Assembly: GCA_951406725.2 (NCBI GenBank)
Contig: OX597817.1
Coordinates: 50,840,001-50,904,000, forward strand
DNA length: 64,000 nucleotides
DNA from: Octopus vulgaris
Lineage: Eukaryota
Direction of reading: 5' to 3'
Shown here: positions 1-14,406 of the stretch, piece after piece
Position numbering within the stretch: position 1 is the stretch's first letter
Layout: each line of letters begins with the position of its first letter
Notes under the pieces: generated by a model
Told to the model about the DNA's origin: nothing
The model's database searches: none
The model's input: the letters and a program-made list of their open reading frames with translations, nothing else
Program-made: the position numbers and the translations under genes

Positions 1-185
1 TAAATTGTTAGCGCTCCGGAAAATATGCTTCGGGTCATATCGTCCGTCTTTAGTTCAAATTCCGCAGAGACTAATTTAGCAATTCTTTATTTCGAGGTCG
101 ATAAAATAAGTACCAGTTGAATAATGGGGTAGATTTAATCGATTTGACCGCTTCACGAAATTGCTGGCCGCGTACAAATTTTGCG
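1..185 (+). mobile_element. Degenerate tRNA-derived SINE, family B (gttcaaattcc...gtcgataaaataagtaccagtt core)
   Basis: B-box GTTCAAATTCC followed by the GGTCGATAAAATAAGTACCAGTT core shared with many other copies in the window. Confidence 0.7.
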
Positions 186-239
186 AGTTTTCCGGCAGAA
201 GATTAAAGAAATATATCTCATCTAATAGTATGCATATAT

Positions 240-359
240 TCTTTATTCTTTTAATTATTTAATCATTTGACGGCGATCACGCTGGAGCACCGCTAAGTTA
301 CAGGGGCATAAACACACCAACATCGGTTGTCAAGCGATGATGGTGGGACAGACACACAA

Positions 360-405
<46 letters not shown>

Positions 406-569
406 GACGAGCTTCTTTCAGTTTCCATCTGCCAAATCCACCCACAAAGCTCTGGTCGGCTCGAGGCTATTGTAGAAGACATTTGCACAAGTTGCCACGC
501 AGTGGGACTGAACCCGAAGCCATGTGGTTGGGAAGCTACCATCTTACCACACAGCCACTCCTGCGCCTA
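240..569 (-). mobile_element. tRNA-derived SINE, family A (CORE-like domain, internal TA/TG microsatellite), internally deleted
   Basis: Homologous to the full copies at 24987-25385 and 51674-52080; minus-strand head AGGCGCAGGAGTGGCTGTGTGGTAAG. Confidence 0.85.
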
Positions 570-1077
570 TATATTTACACACTTATCGAAAAAACTGTTC
601 ATTGATATAATTGAATTTCTATGTAAATGTCAAAAGTATTCTTTTTTTCTTTTGATATGTAAACCGATAATTCACCGTAATCTTCTTGGACTATTAATAT
701 ATAAGTTATCACAATATCATACTCAATGCTAAAGAAAGTCTCTTTTGACAAATACAGAATCTGTCAATAGCTCTTATCATCTGTCACTTGTACACATGTA
801 TATATATACATTGAAGAATTGATAGGAAGTCGAGTGTTCTTTAAACAGAAAATAACTATCTTACATGCAGTGCTTTCAAGAGTAATATATTAATGTGTTT
901 GTTTATAGAAGTGCTTCTTTAAAAGCAGTCTACAACGCGTGTTCTATTCCCGGCGTAATCGCTCCATTTTTACTTAGTTTCTGTCATTCGTGGCTGCTGT
1001 CGTAATCGCTACGGAAAGAATAAGCACATGATATCCTATCCGACGATAAAAGTATTTAAAACGTGCTTACGAATCTC

Positions 1078-1260
1078 GTAGTTCCGTGTTCAGTCCCACT
1101 TTGTGGCACCTTGGGCAAGTGTCTTCTACTATAGCCACTCACAAGGCTTTGGTCGACTCGAGGCTATAGTAGAAGACACTTGCCCAAGGTGCCACGCAGT
1201 GGGACTGAACCCGGAACCTTGTGAGTGGATTTGGTAGACGGAAACAGAAAGAAGCCCGTC

Positions 1261-1338
<78 letters not shown>

Positions 1339-1572
1339 GTGAGAGAGTATATGTTTGTATGTCTGTGTTTGTCCTTCCAACTTCGCTTGACAGCCAATGG
1401 TGGTGTGTTTACGTCTCCGTGACATAGCGGTTCGGCAAAAGAGACCGATAGAATAAGTACTAGGCTTACAAAGAATAAGTCCTGGGGTCGATTTGCTCGA
1501 CTAAAGGCGGTGCTCCAGCAAGGCCACAGTCAAATGACTGAAACAAGTAAAAGTATCAAAGAATAAAAGAGT
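1078..1572 (+). mobile_element. SINE family A copy with an internal inverted duplication
   Basis: Family A body and 3' tail (GGCGGTGCTCCAGCA...GACTGAAAC, then taaaaga-like repeats); 1136-1218 is an inverted piece of the same SINE. Confidence 0.85.
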
Positions 1573-1599
1573 AGATAATGGCCAGGAGATAACAAAGTA

Positions 1600-1935
1600 C
1601 TCAGTGTAGCTGTCCTCACCTTCCACCGTTGCCCTCCAGACGGCTTCTAAACCTGGTGTGCGCGTTTCGCAATGTATCTCTGAGAAAGTCTTGGAGCACC
1701 TCATTGACCTTGGCCACCAGCTCAGTCTTGGTGTTGCAGGCAGAGTGTTTGGTGGCTTTCTCAACTGCGCTCCACACATAGTAATTGATAGGATTACGAT
1801 TGGAGAATAGAATTGGGAGGCCAAAAATTAGGGTTGGTGAAGTCGTGGAAATTCTCCGACCATCACTTCTGATGGTCTCTGTAGGTGTGGCAAGCAGAAG
1901 CCTACCGTCACTCATAAGGCCTTCGGGCAGTAATC
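1600..1935 (-). pseudogene. Tc1/mariner-superfamily transposase C-terminal remnant
   Basis: Translation NPINYYVWSAVEKAT...TELVAKVNEVLQ...RFRSRLE resembles the (SPDL)NP-DY-VW C-terminal catalytic region of IS630-Tc1-mariner transposases; frameshifted. Confidence 0.7.
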
Positions 1936-2997
1936 TTCTCCAGTTAGGATTTGACCATAGTCACCGATAGCTTCACACAGCCGTCTGAACTGAGCCTAAA
2001 GACCCGGTCAAATAATTGGGGCAATATGTCCTTACTTTCACTGGAGACACACACTTTTGTGTCAATTACTGTTGACCACAGATTCGCAGTTTGCGTTGCA
2101 GCTGTTAAAGTCACATTTTATATCCTTTACCGTGTTCACAGATTATTGAGCAGCAACCATGAGGTCGGTATTTTGATACAGGCAATCCTTTTCCAATATG
2201 CACATGGCTTCCTGTCTTCTATATCAGCTCACTTTTTTTCTCAGTTACAACTTTAAGCTCTTCAAAGATCTTAACTGTTCACAAATACATTAAGTTTTTC
2301 TTGAAACAACGAAAGAAAAATATCTTCAAATAATTTAGCCCGAACACCTAACAGATGTTAGATGCTTTCGTTGGCGACATAGAAAAGCTTAAAACTTTTT
2401 TGGCTCATTTGTATTCATTCAATGCTAATCGATTATAGAGTTTAAATAACAATTCAAACACATTATCAGAACAGATAGGGAAGAACATTTATTTCGGGTA
2501 CGTGTGTAGGCGTACTCACGTATTCATTTACACACACGTTTGTGTGTTTTGTGTGTAAAATAGGAATTAATGGAGAAATACATTACGTAAGATATATCGT
2601 GAACAATTCAAAATTATTTACGAATATATCAGTAGCCAGAACATGCAATCATAAAAGAAGAGTGTATAATTGTGAATAAATCACTGTTATAATGGAGAGG
2701 GATGAAAAAACCCTTACATATCCAGAAATAGCAGTCAAAACCGCTATAAAGCCGCTATAACCACTCATGTTATATCTCTTCAACAATAAATGCTGTTGCC
2801 GAGAAACATGATAGAAAAATTTAAAATTTCAATAAAAATAAAAGGTTAGTCCTCTTTTGCAATTTCCAAGTGAGGAACTAAAACTAGATCCGTTCTTCCA
2901 TAACCTTCTCCGTTATAGTTGCGATTTATTCACAATTATACACTCTTCTTTCTTATACACTCTTATACAACAATTATACAACTCTTCTTTCTTATAA

Positions 2998-3044
<47 letters not shown>

Positions 3045-3084
3045 AAGAGAGAGAGAGAGAGAGAGAGGCAGACAGACAGAGATA

Positions 3085-3231
3085 CACGAGGGTGTGCTGA
3101 TGTGGTCATGACTTTGGCTAAAAGAAAATACAGGAGGGTCAGTTAATTATGTATAAAAGAACACGGAAAGGTGCGTCTCCATCCAAGATTTTCGCGACAT
3201 TCTTACAGTGAAGGAACTTTTCAGCACCCCA

Positions 3232-3236
<5 letters not shown>
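3085..3236. mobile_element. Mariner-type MITE (~150 bp)
   Basis: Imperfect TIRs CGAGGGTGTGCTGA / TCAGCACCCCACTC with TA flanks; no ORF. Confidence 0.55.
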
Positions 3237-3290
<54 letters not shown>

Positions 3291-3292
<2 letters not shown>

Positions 3293-3445
3293 GTCTTCCC
3301 TTCTCTGGATCTTTCCTTCTCCTATGTTTCCGACGAAGAGCTCCGCTCGAAACGTTAAACCCTCCTTCTTTCGTGAGTGTCCAATAATACTTATTTGTTC
3401 CACGTCCTCGTGTTGTTGTGTTTTTTTGTGCTTTCTTGTTTGGAT

Positions 3446-3450
<5 letters not shown>
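3291..3450 (+). mobile_element. Short PLE-type non-autonomous repeat carrying a hammerhead-like motif, in (TA)n
   Basis: Near-identical copies at ~10363-10505 and ~39445-39620; 3' ends abut (TA)n; contains CCGACGA-AGAGCTCCGCTC-GAAACGT. Confidence 0.75.
3326..3360 (+). ncRNA. Minimal type-I hammerhead ribozyme-like motif (C4 variant)
   Basis: Stem I GTTT/AAAC, core CCGACGA, stem II GAGC-TCC-GCTC, GAAAC-GT-T with palindromic stem III ACGT. Confidence 0.65.
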
Positions 3451-3511
<61 letters not shown>

Positions 3512-4100
3512 CACACACACACGAGTGGGTACTGGTTAACGCAACTTCAGTTTGCAGCAACAAATGCAGGCGTCACTAATAAATCTTTCTAATGTGTTAA
3601 ATTCACCCACGTTACGTGAGGTAGCTAGATTTATGAAGTAAACAGGCCTATAATGCACTGTGACGTACAGAGTGTTTCTTCTGCGTGGGTGTGTATCTAG
3701 ATATTTCCTATACCACGTTAGATATTATCACGTCAAACGATATTTAACTGATAATCTCTTAGCTATATGTTCATATGGCAAATGATATATGGTTTATTGT
3801 TTCATTCCTAGGTTATATGATAATGTTGCTCTGACAGACATCCACGCAAAACTTTTTGAAATATTGCAAATATTACAATAGATGGTGAGGGTCAGGAAAA
3901 CATTACTTCTGTAGAAACGATGAGATCATGCTTTCATAAGATATCTTTCAGTAGGAACATTAAATGGATTCATTTTCTGTTTATTGTGCTTTTACAGACT
4001 TAATATAGAGTTGGTTCTTTAAGCTAGGATCTAATATGTAATATAATTTATATACCCACCAAATTTCCAGACTTCGAAGCATGGATTGTAAATGACGTAA

Positions 4101-4146
<46 letters not shown>

Positions 4147-4217
4147 GTATGTGTGTATATATATATATATATGTCCGTATGTGTGTATATATATATGTAT
4201 ATATATATATATGTCCG

Positions 4218-4255
<38 letters not shown>

Positions 4256-4595
4256 CAAAATAAGCAACAAGTATATCCGAGGTAATGTGGTACAATCGTT
4301 TCATGCTACTTCATTTTATTAAGCACTGTAAGTATTACATCAGTTTTAAAATGTCGAGCAATCTTCAGCCCCTTATAGAAATTTTCCAATCAAACGGACA
4401 ATGCACATTCTTTTCTCTGTTTCGTTTGCTAACATTATAAAGAGGGTAGATATACGGACAGAGAGGTTGATTTCATTCTTAAGAACATAATAGTATTAAA
4501 TTTACTCACTGACTGTAAAGATTTTCACTTTGTTATTTAGATCTGTCAGTGGGGAGGGGGATTTTAATTTTGGTTGGATGGAGACAAATAATTAT

Positions 4596-4631
<36 letters not shown>

Positions 4632-5424
4632 ACATACCAGTGCCTCTGTAGAAATATTGTGTTTTCTGTAAATTTATGTGAAATAGTATATGGAATTGGA
4701 AAGCCACCAATGGATTGATTGCAGATGGTTTCTCGTGGAAAACTTCTTTCAGAAACGTTCCAGAAAGCTGAAGGCCAGTGATTGTTAGCTACAACAAGTA
4801 AAAGTGCAATCAGAAAATCCGACAACAAAGAATAGAATAAATCACAAAGGAATTCAAACAGACAAACCGTAACTGACATATACTGACATCCCTGTTGAAA
4901 TATTTGAGATATTCAATACGTATTGATCAGAATTCTTCCAAAGTTGAAAGGGAACTCTATCAGAGGTCAATGTTCAAGGTTCATCGGGAGTTTTTGTTAG
5001 AGATATTATACAACAAGCGTTCTGATGACCCTTGAATAGATCTCAAATTCCTGCTTCGTTGAATGAATGAATCACTGCAGATTTGGACACTATCGCGCTG
5101 GTATTGTATAATCAATAAAGAACACGGATTAAACATGTTGAATATTAATTCCTGACATACACATCAGACCAATACTCGGTGTAGGTTAGGTCACAGATAC
5201 CAGAACACCGCTGCTAGTTACTTTATTGCGTGTAGGCGTGATTATATATAAAATACGTATTTTAACTTGTAAAATGAAGCGGAAAAAAGATGAAAATATA
5301 TTCTGTTATGTGTTTGGTTCGATATTCTACAAGTTCTGTAAGCTCTCATCTTTCTGGAAGGCATGTGATATTACACACGTAGAAGAAGGAAATACAAAAT
5401 CAAAAAACCCCAACAGTCCATAGT

Positions 5425-5725
5425 GGAGGCACATGGCCTAGTGGTTAGAGCAGTCGACTTGCAGTCGAGGGATCGCGGGTTCGAATCTCAGACCGGGCGA
5501 TGTGTGTGTTTATGAGCGAAACACCTAAGCTCCATGCGGCTTCGACAGAAGGTAATGGCAAACTTCTGCTGACTCTTTCACCACAACTTTCTCTCACTCT
5601 TTCCTCCTGCATCTTGCAGCTCACCCGCGACGGACCGGCGTCCCGTCCAGGTGGGGAACCTATACGCCAAGGAAACCGGGAAACCGGCCCTTATAAGGCA
5701 GGCGTGGCTCGAGAAGAAACGAACA
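5425..5725 (+). mobile_element. tRNA-derived SINE, family C
   Basis: A-box TGGCCTAGTGG, B-box GGTTCGAATC; homologous copies at 40480-40765 (-) and 53246-53560 (+). Confidence 0.85.
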
Positions 5726-6661
5726 TTTCATAAAGTACTTTCTTGTCTAATGTAATATGTAGTAAGAAAGATCGTTGTCGCCTATTGTCGTTAAATAAAA
5801 GCAATCTAGCATCTATTTATTACTGGTTTTGGAAAATTGCTTAAGAAAGTATTTTCGAAGTTGCCTTTGAACTTATCATTGAAATACAATCGAAAGAATC
5901 TGCCAGACTGTTTCATTCTTATACGTGAGGTATCATTTAACAAAACTGTTTCTTTTTATTGTTTTACTTTTATTTTTTCAGAATATGAAACAAGTCTTGC
6001 AGAAGTGAGTTGTCAAACATTTGAATGTACTAAAAACAAATAAATTTACAGCAAAACGTGAAGATTTCTTAGTTATCATTGTCGACATAACTTGAGAAAT
6101 CTTATGTCCAATAAGTTTTGATGTAAGAGCTACTTAGACATTTCTGCTTTGAAATATAATCGAAATATTTTTGTGTGAAATTGAATTGGCAATCAGGAAC
6201 TTGAAAACCTTTGGTGGTTAACAGACTAGGAGTATAATTTCACTTATGCTTAGTTGAAATACAAGCACTCGACTTGTTATTATAATAAAAATGAACACGT
6301 TCGGAAAATAGGAAGCGAAAATGGAGGACGGTAAATTCATAAATCAGATATAGTGTGTAGTTCGACATATTTCAATTCTTACATTTGTGTGAGTGTGTTT
6401 ATCTGAATGTGTTTGGCCATGTGTGAAAAATATAAACAACGTAATAAATATAAAATCGCGTTACAGGATTACCTTTAATCTCGATTTAATGGTTTTTCTT
6501 TTGCTTTCTGTGTAAATACCATAGATTCATTTTAACCCGTCAGCGACCTAGCCTGATTTCTGCTTCATATATAAACTTCTTCGAATTTGCGATTTCTGAC
6601 CGTTGACTTCATGAACAATCTTGTCCCAATATCACAGTGAAATTTCAATACGAAATTATAC

Positions 6662-7165
6662 ATTAATAATAATAATAATAATAAAATTATTGTATACAGT
6701 GCTCAGGTGCACCACAACTTGTCAAAAGTGCGTATAAAGTAATCGCAGTAATGTAAAAATGTCTGGAGAGTGAACAGTGTATGAGTCAGATACATGCTTG
6801 TGTGTGTATGGAGGGGGGAAAATCAGGTGTAATGTTGGCGAATCTCAGGAAGCATGGAAGTTTTGAAGGATGCAGTGCTCCGACAACTAACAACTGATGC
6901 CGGGACATTGTTCCATACTTCAGCAACTCTTAGCGTGAAAAAATGTTTCCGAAAGTCATGGGAGCTGTGCTGTTTTTTGACTTTGTAAATATGTCCACGG
7001 GTTTTAGACAGATGGAATTTGAAAAGGTGCTCAGAATTATTGTTTGTACGATGGTTAATAATTTTATGGGTCTCTGCCAAGTCAGCTGCCAGACGTCGGA
7101 GTTTCAATGTATCCATGCCCAGGGAAGTAAGGCGTTCAGAATATGGCAAATGCCTGATGGAGGGT
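6662..7165 (-). mobile_element. 5'-truncated CR1-like LINE 3' end with (ATT)n tail
   Basis: ORF YSERLTSLGMDTLKLRRLAADL...RKHFFTLRVAEVWNNVP...FK is a typical CR1 ORF2 C-terminus; second copy at 41222-41462. Confidence 0.85.
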
Positions 7166-7821
7166 GATCCAAATTTGGCCAAGCAAAGAAGAAAACCACG
7201 GAAAGTGTAGTGCTTCCTACAATATACGGCAATGTTTACGAGACGGAAGTTGATCAGATCTAATTCAGTTATATAGTCATACTTTTATTGTACTCGAGTG
7301 TGAATTTCAAAATAGATAAAGCCGTCTCTGATAGACTCGATTTCAGACAATGCGGAAAAGAAACTCAATCCTAACGTTAAACTTGACAGCGTTCACAAGA
7401 AAACAGCGAATAACTGTTCAGAGTAACGAAAAAAGTTATTGCATTTATCACAACGATCTTTGAAGTTGCTACGAATAGAAAATTCAAAGTTAAAGTCATC
7501 TCTTTGTTGGGTGTTGAATGTATTAAACACAGAATAAAATGTGGTCAGCAGATGGAGTATACGCATTCCTTTCAGATCTACACGGGACTAATTATACAAA
7601 TCTCAACCTGAGAAAATGCCTCTATATATATATTGACACTTACGTACGTCTACCGTTTACTTATATTAGTCATTAGACTGCGGTAATGCTGGGGTATTGC
7701 GTTGGAGAACTTTAATCACAGTAACCGACTCCAGTACTTAACTTTTGACGAAATGCTAGATTACGGGGACGTAAACGCACTAGCACCGGTTGTATAAATA
7801 CACACACACACACACACACAC

Positions 7822-7869
<48 letters not shown>

Positions 7870-8149
7870 CGAAAGTGTACGTACACCGCTATATATATAT
7901 ATGTACTTATAAAAAAAATACAAAATAGGACAAGAACGCAAAACATCCAGACAAGTGATACAAAAAAGGGGACAACAAGACATCCAGATTGACGACACAT
8001 ATAAAACAAGGACGGGTCATTCGGAGATTTTTTCCTCAGTCGAGTTCCAGATTATCTTTGCATTCTTCTGCACTGCTGCTGCTGGTGACCGTGTTAGTTG
8101 TGTTATTGACATCATATGGCCAGCCATGAGGTTTCAGGTGCGTGTGTTG

Positions 8150-8430
8150 TTGTGTGTGTATGGGCTCGTATGCCCACATAAGGATACACATCTTAGAATA
8201 ACAGAATGGAGTAAGTGGAGCAAGAACACACATCTGCTTATGCAGATATATAACACACGTTCTTGGACTAACTTCTAGCTGTTTTGCAATGTCAGAAACC
8301 TTCGAACAGGGTTCGTTTTCAACAATTCTCTTCAAACAGTGAAGCTTCCTTTCCAAGGGCCCAGGTCGGCCTGGACGAGAATCTGTTGATTCTTTTCTTT
8401 GGCTTTTGAATTGTTTGATATAATGGCACC
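8150..8430 (-). pseudogene. Tc1 transposase N-terminal (HTH) remnant
   Basis: LKRIVENEPCSKVSDIAKQLEVSPRTCVIYLH aligns by eye with VKRSVEDNLRSKTSNIAEQVDVSSRTAVRYLH of the Tc1 copy at 61147. Confidence 0.65.
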
Positions 8431-8541
8431 TTGAAGGAAGAAGAAAAATTACAATGTAAATTCTACACCGCTTGAAAAATATTAAGACGCTTAGATTAGA
8501 AATTTTGAAAATTAAATGTCTATTTACTTCTTGTATATCTG

Positions 8542-8582
<41 letters not shown>

Positions 8583-8696
8583 GTATATATATGTACATAT
8601 ATGTATATAAATATGCATATATATATATATATTATTTATATCATTATATGTTTGAAAGCCACGCATCTTCTTCTAAGTTAATTTTATCTATCTTTC

Positions 8697-8731
<35 letters not shown>

Positions 8732-9194
8732 ATACAGACAAATTTTGAATAGTTAATGAAACTCCTCAATAGAACATTGAACCACTTCTACATGAATTCA
8801 GTTACCACGTAAATCAGATGAGTGAACAACAAATTCGCTTTTTAGCGAAAGATAAATATGAAAGGCAATACGTGGGTTGAGTAGATCTCATTTCAGAAAC
8901 ATGTTAAATAAATTGAAGCTTTATAACAACTCTACAATTAACAGTGATTTCAAGTAAATAGAAAGTCGGTGTTTCGCTAAAGTGTATTTTAATATAACTG
9001 AAGAATATCTGGAGATGTGTGTGTGTGTGGTGGGGAACGAAGTTTGAAAAATGAAGGTAAAGAGAACCCTTTGATGGGTGTTGTGCCTAGGGAACAGTTG
9101 GGTGATAAATGATATATCGTCTCTTATGATTTATACGTAGTCAACGGTATAACGATATCTCAATAGAAAAGATCATGAACTCTCTCAATCTCTT

Positions 9195-9261
<67 letters not shown>

Positions 9262-9359
9262 TGTACGAAATTAGAATGACTGCTCTGTACTCGACTGACG
9301 CTTCTCTTGGAGAATATGCATATTGATTTATTAGATATTAGTATAGTTTTGTCTAAGTA

Positions 9360-9444
<85 letters not shown>

Positions 9445-9670
9445 CGTTTCTACTTAAAGCACAAGGCCTGGAATTAGGTGGGAGAGAATTAGTTGATTAC
9501 AATGACCCCAGTGTTTCACTGGTACCTAATTTATGGACCCCGAAAGAATGAAAGGGAATGTCGAGCTCGGAGGAATTTGAACTAAGAACATAGCAACGGG
9601 CGAAATATCACTAAACATTTCGTCTACCATGTTAACGATTTTGCCATGTTAACGATTTTGCCGCCTTAAT
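9445..9670 (-). mobile_element. Degenerate SINE family B after (TAC)n/(TAA)n tract
   Basis: Reverse complement of the family B core and tail. Confidence 0.7.
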
Positions 9671-9908
9671 AAAAATAATAATAAATATTATCATCATCAT
9701 CATCACTATTATTTTCATTATTATCCTTTTTATCATTATTTCAAATTTTTGTCACAAGGTAAGCTTGGGGATGTGACTCCAGTGTTCAACTGGTACTTGT
9801 TTTATCGACTCCGAAAATGATGAAAGGAATAAGACCAACCCTGAGCTAAACGCAAAATAATAATAATAATGATTACGATGATAATAATAATAATAATAAT
9901 AATATGCA

Positions 9909-9962
<54 letters not shown>

Positions 9963-10186
9963 TAATATTCAAGGATCGCGGTATAGTTTCAAGTAATCCG
10001 AAGGAAATATAAACAGCAACTTTCAAGGACAATAGTGGTTTATTGAGACGGGAGTTTGTGGATTTCTTTCTTATCGAAATACAATAAATTGAAAAATGTT
10101 CCTTTTATATTTCACGGTAAGCAACAAAGTCTGCCGGGCATGCAAATAATAATACAAGATTTAAAGTAAGAAGTAGATCAGATCCG

Positions 10187-10239
10187 GGCTACATATGTTT
10201 CATGTAAGCACGTTGTATAACTCAGGCTACTCTTCAGGC
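10187..10239 (-). ncRNA. Type-I hammerhead ribozyme-like motif, canonical core
   Basis: Minus strand GGC-CTGAAGA-GTAGC...GCTTAC-AT-GAAAC-ATAT-GTA-GCC; stem I GGC/GCC; 8-nt palindromic stem III ACATATGT; GUA site. Confidence 0.6.
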
Positions 10240-10308
10240 CAAGGAAATCTTAATTACATGAAAGCGTACATTGTCACAAGAAGATAATGTAAATATTGTC
10301 GCAAGGAG

Positions 10309-10365
<57 letters not shown>

Positions 10366-10380
10366 CTTTCCTTCTCCTAT

Positions 10381-10415
10381 GTTTCCGACGAAGAGCTCCG
10401 CTCGAAACGTTGATC
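10381..10415 (+). ncRNA. Hammerhead-like motif (copy of the 3326 family; stem I eroded)
   Basis: GTTTCCGACGAAGAGCTCCGCTCGAAACGTT. Confidence 0.55.
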
Positions 10416-10501
10416 CCTCCTTCTTTCCTGAGCGTCCAATAATACTATATTTGTTCCACGTCCTCGCGTTGTTGTGTTTTTTTGTGCTTTCTTGTTTGGA
10501 T

Positions 10502-10533
<32 letters not shown>

Positions 10534-11688
10534 CTAGCTAAAGGTGACCCGCTCTACGCGCGGGTAAGAGTGTGGTTGTTACTTTCTGTTGCTTCCTTTC
10601 AGCACGTAAAAAGCACCATCCGAACGTGGCCGATTGCAGCGCCGCCGTAACTGGCTTCTGTGCCGGTGGCACGTAAAAAGCACCAACCGATCGTGGCCGC
10701 TGCTAGTGCCCCTCCCCCCGTAGCACCTGTGCCGGCGGCACGAAAAAAGCACCCACTACACTCACAGAGTGGTTTGCGTTAGGAAGGGCATCCACCTGTA
10801 GAAACACTGCCAGATTAGACTTGGCTTCCCAGAACCCGGTCAAACCGTTCAACCCGTGCTAGCACGGAAAACGGACGTCAAACGATGATGATGATGATTT
10901 TCTCTCTTTGTTTCTCTCTCCTTTCTAACTCACTTTCCCACTCTGTTACTCTTCCTTTCTCTTGGACTCTCCCTCGCTTTATCTATCTCTCTCCCATTTA
11001 TAAACAGCAAAAGATCTTGAGTAAGTTGAGAAATAAAATATTTAGAAAGATCAATCATAAATATCAGGCAGTAACAACGGAAAGGTCTGCTTCAAGGCAG
11101 ACAGCAAAACACTAACATTTAAAAGGGACAGACGAACTTGCGAGCTGAATAAAAATAATAAAATATTGGAAACCAAAGTTTGAAGGGATAGAATGTGAGG
11201 ATAGTAGAGTCACCATGGCTGGCATTTCTTAACGACGGACAGCAAAGCAGTGGCAGTTTAACGGCTGGCATAAAATTTTGAAATTGTTGTAAAAGAAAAT
11301 TCCTAAACACGAAGTTTTGAAGTGATTCTTCCTCACGACAGTAGACTGACCATGGCAAGCATTCAAAACTTCATCATGGACGGCAACACATTGACGATTA
11401 AAAGGCTGGCGCAAATTTTTTAGCTTGATGTAACAGAGAATTCTTAAACACCAGCTCCTTGAAATTTTAATCCCCTTCCAGCCCCATTTAGACCCCTTTT
11501 CACATTTTGGTTAATATAACCCGATTTCATTCGGGTCTACTGGGGCCACATTTTATAAGATGAGGAATTTTGTCCTAGAGGTCACGCGTTTCATTTAAGG
11601 AAAAAAAAATATTTTTCATGCAAACTTGCCAGCACTTTTAACATAGGTCTGCATATTTTCAGTTCAACCGACCACATAATGCACACAT

Positions 11689-11784
<96 letters not shown>

Positions 11785-12544
11785 GGAGTCTCTCTCATAC
11801 GCGAGCGTTGAGGCAGAATTCGACTGGTAAGCAGGTAACCTTGTCTTTGTTCAAATAGTTGTGAGCTGCTGCAGTTATTTCTCTGGCGGGTAATAGAAAA
11901 TTCCATATCCTCCGAGGAAACGAACTGTTGACCCAGACAATTAGAATTAATTTTAATAAAAGCATCAATTTAAGAGAAAATAATAAAGTAGTAAGAAATG
12001 AAAATTTAGCACGAAAAATTTGCAGGGTTCTAAATATATGTTAAAATGTAATAGATACAAAAAAACCTATGTTATCGCCAGAACACGAACGCTCGTTGGT
12101 GTGTTCTGTTTGTATTTGCTCCATCGGCGCGTTGACAGGCAGATAATAGAATGCGATGGCGAGATTCATAATATTTGTTCTCATGATTTGTGGTGGTGGT
12201 GGTGGTGGCGATGATAATTCTCTCTATGAACGCAGACAGCGAGATAAAAAACGCCGTTTGAGGAAGTGAAAGTGATGGGAAGGTAGGAAATAAAGTGAGT
12301 GAAAAAGTGATGGGAAGGGAGGAAATATTGAGTGAGTGATAAAGACAGATACATAAAAGACTGAGAGTGGACGTGTCAAAGTGGGATTTGGGCCCTAGCA
12401 ACGATACCTTTTTAGCCCACGGGCATCGTCACCTCATTTTACATGTCCCTGTAAATTTTGGAGTCAATCCGACGGGATGTAGTGGCCTTGAAAGTGATCC
12501 AAGCGGTCGAGTCAAACAAACTGTTTTTCAGTTTTATAAATAGA
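10534..12544 (-). mobile_element. Non-autonomous Helitron, copy A (carries a SINE-like segment at ~10600-10898)
   Basis: Minus strand starts TCTATTTATAAAACTG and ends with GC hairpin CCCGCGCGTAGAGCGGG, spacer, then CTAG followed by T. Confidence 0.75.
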
Positions 12545-13741
<1,197 letters not shown>

Positions 13742-13883
13742 TATATATATACATATATATATGTATTAGGAGGTTTGGAGATGATGTATAGGTATTTTAT
13801 ATTAGAAGAGCTGAGGTAATCGGAAGTTCGGATGGTTTTATATTTACAGATATTTGTATATTATATGTTTTCATATATCATAT

Positions 13884-13921
13884 ATTAGCGCTTTCGTCCA
13901 TTCTAGTGGAGTTTTCAAATT
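13884..13921 (-). ncRNA. Degenerate hammerhead-like motif, U3-A8 variant
   Basis: Minus strand AT-TTGAAAA-CTCCA-CTAGAA-TGGAC-GAAAG-CG-CTA-AT; palindromic AGCGCT; stem I only 2 bp. Confidence 0.4.
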
Positions 13922-14332
13922 GAACTAACTTCTTGGGGGAAAATTTGACTATTTTATAGTGTTATTGAGTGTGTAGTGGTAGGGAGGGATATTAGATAGT
14001 ACAAGAGGGTGATGAATGGGAAGAAAGTGCGAGAGCATGTGTGTGTGGGGGGGGGGATCCTTTGTGTGTGTGTTTTGTATCTGAAAAAGTGTTAAAGAAA
14101 AAGAAGGAAAGGAAGAGAAAGACGAAAAAAGTGTTTTACTGGTCTCTTTTGTAGCTGGTCAGGATGTTTATATATATTCTTCAGATGCAACCCACATGTC
14201 ATAAGGTTATGATATCTCGTTTGCGCCTGAAGATTATGTTTGAGTTTTCTCAACATATGAAACTATTAATATCGCTTTAACACATGTATTGTCACCTTTA
14301 AATAAATAAAATATAGATATATACACACAAAT

Positions 14333-14404
<72 letters not shown>

Positions 14405-14406
<2 letters not shown>

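Noticed and set aside
3812-3884. LRR-like exon (LYDNVALTDIHAKLF) between AG and GTGAGG
   Set aside because: In-frame stop before the donor, 73-nt length breaks phase, no partner LRR exons found
5425-5500. tRNA genes at SINE heads (also 27887, 53246, 60467)
   Set aside because: A/B boxes continue into SINE bodies; no acceptor stem or terminator, so tRNA-derived only
8008-8045. Hammerhead-like CTGAGGA...CGAATGACCCGTC on the minus strand in a TA-flanked repeat
   Set aside because: Stem II unpaired and GAAA core broken; not supportable from this copy
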